Shown here one piece after another: positions 61,370 through 64,000 of a stretch of 64,000 bases of DNA. A model generated the notes under the pieces. The model was given only the letters and a program-made list of their open reading frames with translations, was not told where the DNA came from and did not search any database. Both the position numbers and the translations under genes were made by a program. Location of the stretch: positions 43,626,788 to 43,690,787 of the forward strand of contig CM120640.1 of the NCBI GenBank assembly GCA_051362555.1, in the 5' to 3' direction. This stretch comes from Lingula anatina. Lineage: Eukaryota > Animalia > Brachiopoda. The number at the start of each line of letters is the position of its first letter. Positions within the stretch are counted from its first letter, which is position 1.

Positions 61370-64000
61370 TTAGTTATCAAGAACAAGTCAACAACATACC
61401 ACTTATAATGATGTGACGGATCTTTACTACTTGATTGCCATTATATGACAGAAAGCCACATATCGTTGCCGAGGATTAGGAAAAATAATCAAAATCTCAG
61501 TATGCAGATTGGTCTTTTCCTTCTCGGCTGGTACTCGGCGGCTAATCACTCCCAAATAACGTTACACGCCTGCTGGGTTATATTTATTTCTGAAATGACT
61601 TGGACGAATGCAAATCCTTTAATCCTATGGTTGACGTATGTTTCAGGCAATAAGTTAAAGCAAACAACCCCAGGTAGTGAGTTTATCTGGTCCTGGGTGT
61701 CAAGATGTAAGTTTAATCTCTTATCAAAAGCTTTTCCTTTATTTTCATTTTGTAGTTATAGGGGTAAATGGAAGAAAATGTGAGTCATACCGCTTATGGA
61801 AGAAAGTACAACTTGTACTTCCATGCCCCTATTGATGTGTATTTTCAAGAAAACGATTTAGAAAGGGGTTATACAAGTTAATCAATACACCTCGTACTGG
61901 GATGAAAAGAAACAACGCAGTTCTGTCTCTATCCCCTACCGAACATTAACAAACTGATATTGACATCCATTCTTTTATAAAGTGAAGTGCTGGTAAAAAG
62001 ATAATTATTGGCATCATTTTACACGACTGTTGGCAAAGGTAATAATTGCACAAGTGTAATTACACTTCTGGGGAATTGTTAGATACTATATTTTGGTGAG
62101 GGTAGGTTTTTTATTAAAGTCAATTTCAAAAACGTTAGGGAGAAAACAATGCTCAATTTCATGATGATGGAGGGGGTTGAGATGTTAGAGTATGATGTTG
62201 GTTCTATCATGCATAATGGCATTTATGTAAGTATTTAGATTACCAAATGCAGGTTTATCATGCACTAAGAAAGTCGTAGAAGTATTTACATTTATATAAT
62301 GATGATAAAAATATTGACACCGGTGTGCTGATCTTTATTTAAATAACCCAAGACATCTACATGACCGTTATAATGATAACAATTGACCAAATATTGTAAC
62401 AGCTGTTGGATTTTTTATAATCAAAAAAGGATTATTTCTATTTAGATGTGATTTAATCACCTACGCTTTCTAATTTCAAAGGATGTTTCAGTCGAAACTC
62501 TAAACCAACAATGGAAGTCAGAAATCAAGCGTTTTTGGCCTGGAATCGGCATGGATCAAGCTATTATGACATAAAATCCTTGAGCAAAGCGTACCGATTG
62601 ACATAGGTAATTGACGTAGGTAATTGACATAGGTACCGTGCTTTGTTGGACATAATCATCAAACTCTTAGAATGTATATTAATTCAAATAATGCACGTCG
62701 TAATTATTGGCCTGTTTTTCACTCTAAAAAAAAAATTTTTTTACCTGCTCTAGAAACACTAGTTCTGCAAAAACGATCGATGTCAAGAAACCTATTTTTG
62801 ATTGCGTTTAATATCAGATATATTTAATTATTTATATTTACCGGTTATTTAAACGCTAGTTTTGCTTCCTTCTTTTGTCTGTCTCAGGACAGTGCCCACA
62901 TCGTTTATCGTATGAAAAAAATGGGGACTTCCTGCAATCTTTGAAAGGCAACACTGATTGTTTCTGTAAATACCCAGACGGTCTGTTTGTTAATGTATCT
63001 TTGGTTACGATCAACCGGTCCCTCCAAAAGGTCCTAAATCAGTAGTTTCCTGGACTTCTTGACTTCTAACAGCTCAGTATAGAGCATCCCAACAGTGCCA
63101 AATGGGATGCAACTAAGGATCGAGAATAAACAGACCAGTCCAGTGCTACACTGCGTACTCCAGAAAAATGGTTGTGATGGCCTGGCATGATAAGGTGGGG
63201 CATGGCCATATTGGAACAGAGAGTAACGGCCATATAAGGCTATTTCATGTAGAACCATTTGTTTACTCATGATTTCCTTTAGAACCAGGTTTGTTTGACA
63301 CCATACGTGAAGTGAACAGTCACTCGGAAATAGGCTAAATGGCTGTCTTCATCAGCAACAGTTACCATCAGTCTTCAGCAAGCACGAACATGACAATGTG
63401 AGTCATTTATATATCATTTTACCTTTGGACATTTAAATATGAACAGCTCTCAAAATAAGCTAGATAAGTCATAAAAGTTACATTTCTTTGAAAATATGGA
63501 AATCTGATATTGCATTTTAAGTTGTTTTGGTCCTTTTTCGAGATTCACCTTGATACATATGAATGACTCTGGCCTCTTCTGACCTCCAAACTCTTTTCAA
63601 ATTAAAGGTCATACTTTGCTCATTAGAAATGATACCTGTTACAAGTTTCTAAGTTACCTACTTTAAATGATAAGCTTTTGAAATACCTTCCATTATGCCT
63701 TGGCGCTTTTATGCAAAGCGACCAAGATAACTTAAACTTTGGGGAATGATCATGCATATATTGAAGTTTCAGTCCGTAGGATATAATAAAAATTAATGAT
63801 TTCTGCTTTTTGGGAGTCACCCTGTATAATGCCATATGCGCTCGGTGCATAATTAATGCAAGTAACGGGTATAATGAGGTTGTTAGGAGGCTCGTTTTCG
63901 TTTGTTTGGCAACTGATCAAATGCCTTTAAAATATTTTTCTTCGTGGATGATGCTCATCTCTCGTCGCTTTCGGTGTTATCAAGACGAAAAACAAAAGGT
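61370..64000. repeat. Tandem segmental duplication, copy 2 (lacks the LINE)
   Basis: See copy 1; empty LINE site at ~63755. Confidence 0.92.

Overview
AT-rich, intron-containing eukaryotic DNA, most consistent with a mollusc or other lophotrochozoan (inferred from the gene and repeat types). Genes from left to right: the 5' part of a LIM-domain-binding (Ldb/Chip) gene on the minus strand with two frame-incompatible N-terminal exons; a C19orf12-like gene head-to-head with RSL24D1; two tandem 9-exon nicotinic acetylcholine receptor alpha-like genes with atypical pore residues; an intronless orphan class A GPCR with two decayed tandem copies; and the first two exons of an astacin-like protease inside a tandem duplication. 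The main mobile element is an apparently intact DIRS1-type tyrosine-recombinase retrotransposon (10841-15482). It has ITRs, an ICR, an AATT crossover core and a candidate -1 frameshift signal joining gag to an ATG-less pol frame. Also present: Helentron-associated (HINE-like) elements carrying tandem arrays, several MITE types, decayed Tc1 and LINE fragments, and a Penelope-like remnant with a minimal hammerhead ribozyme motif. Coordinates and exon structures were read by eye; no database searches were run.
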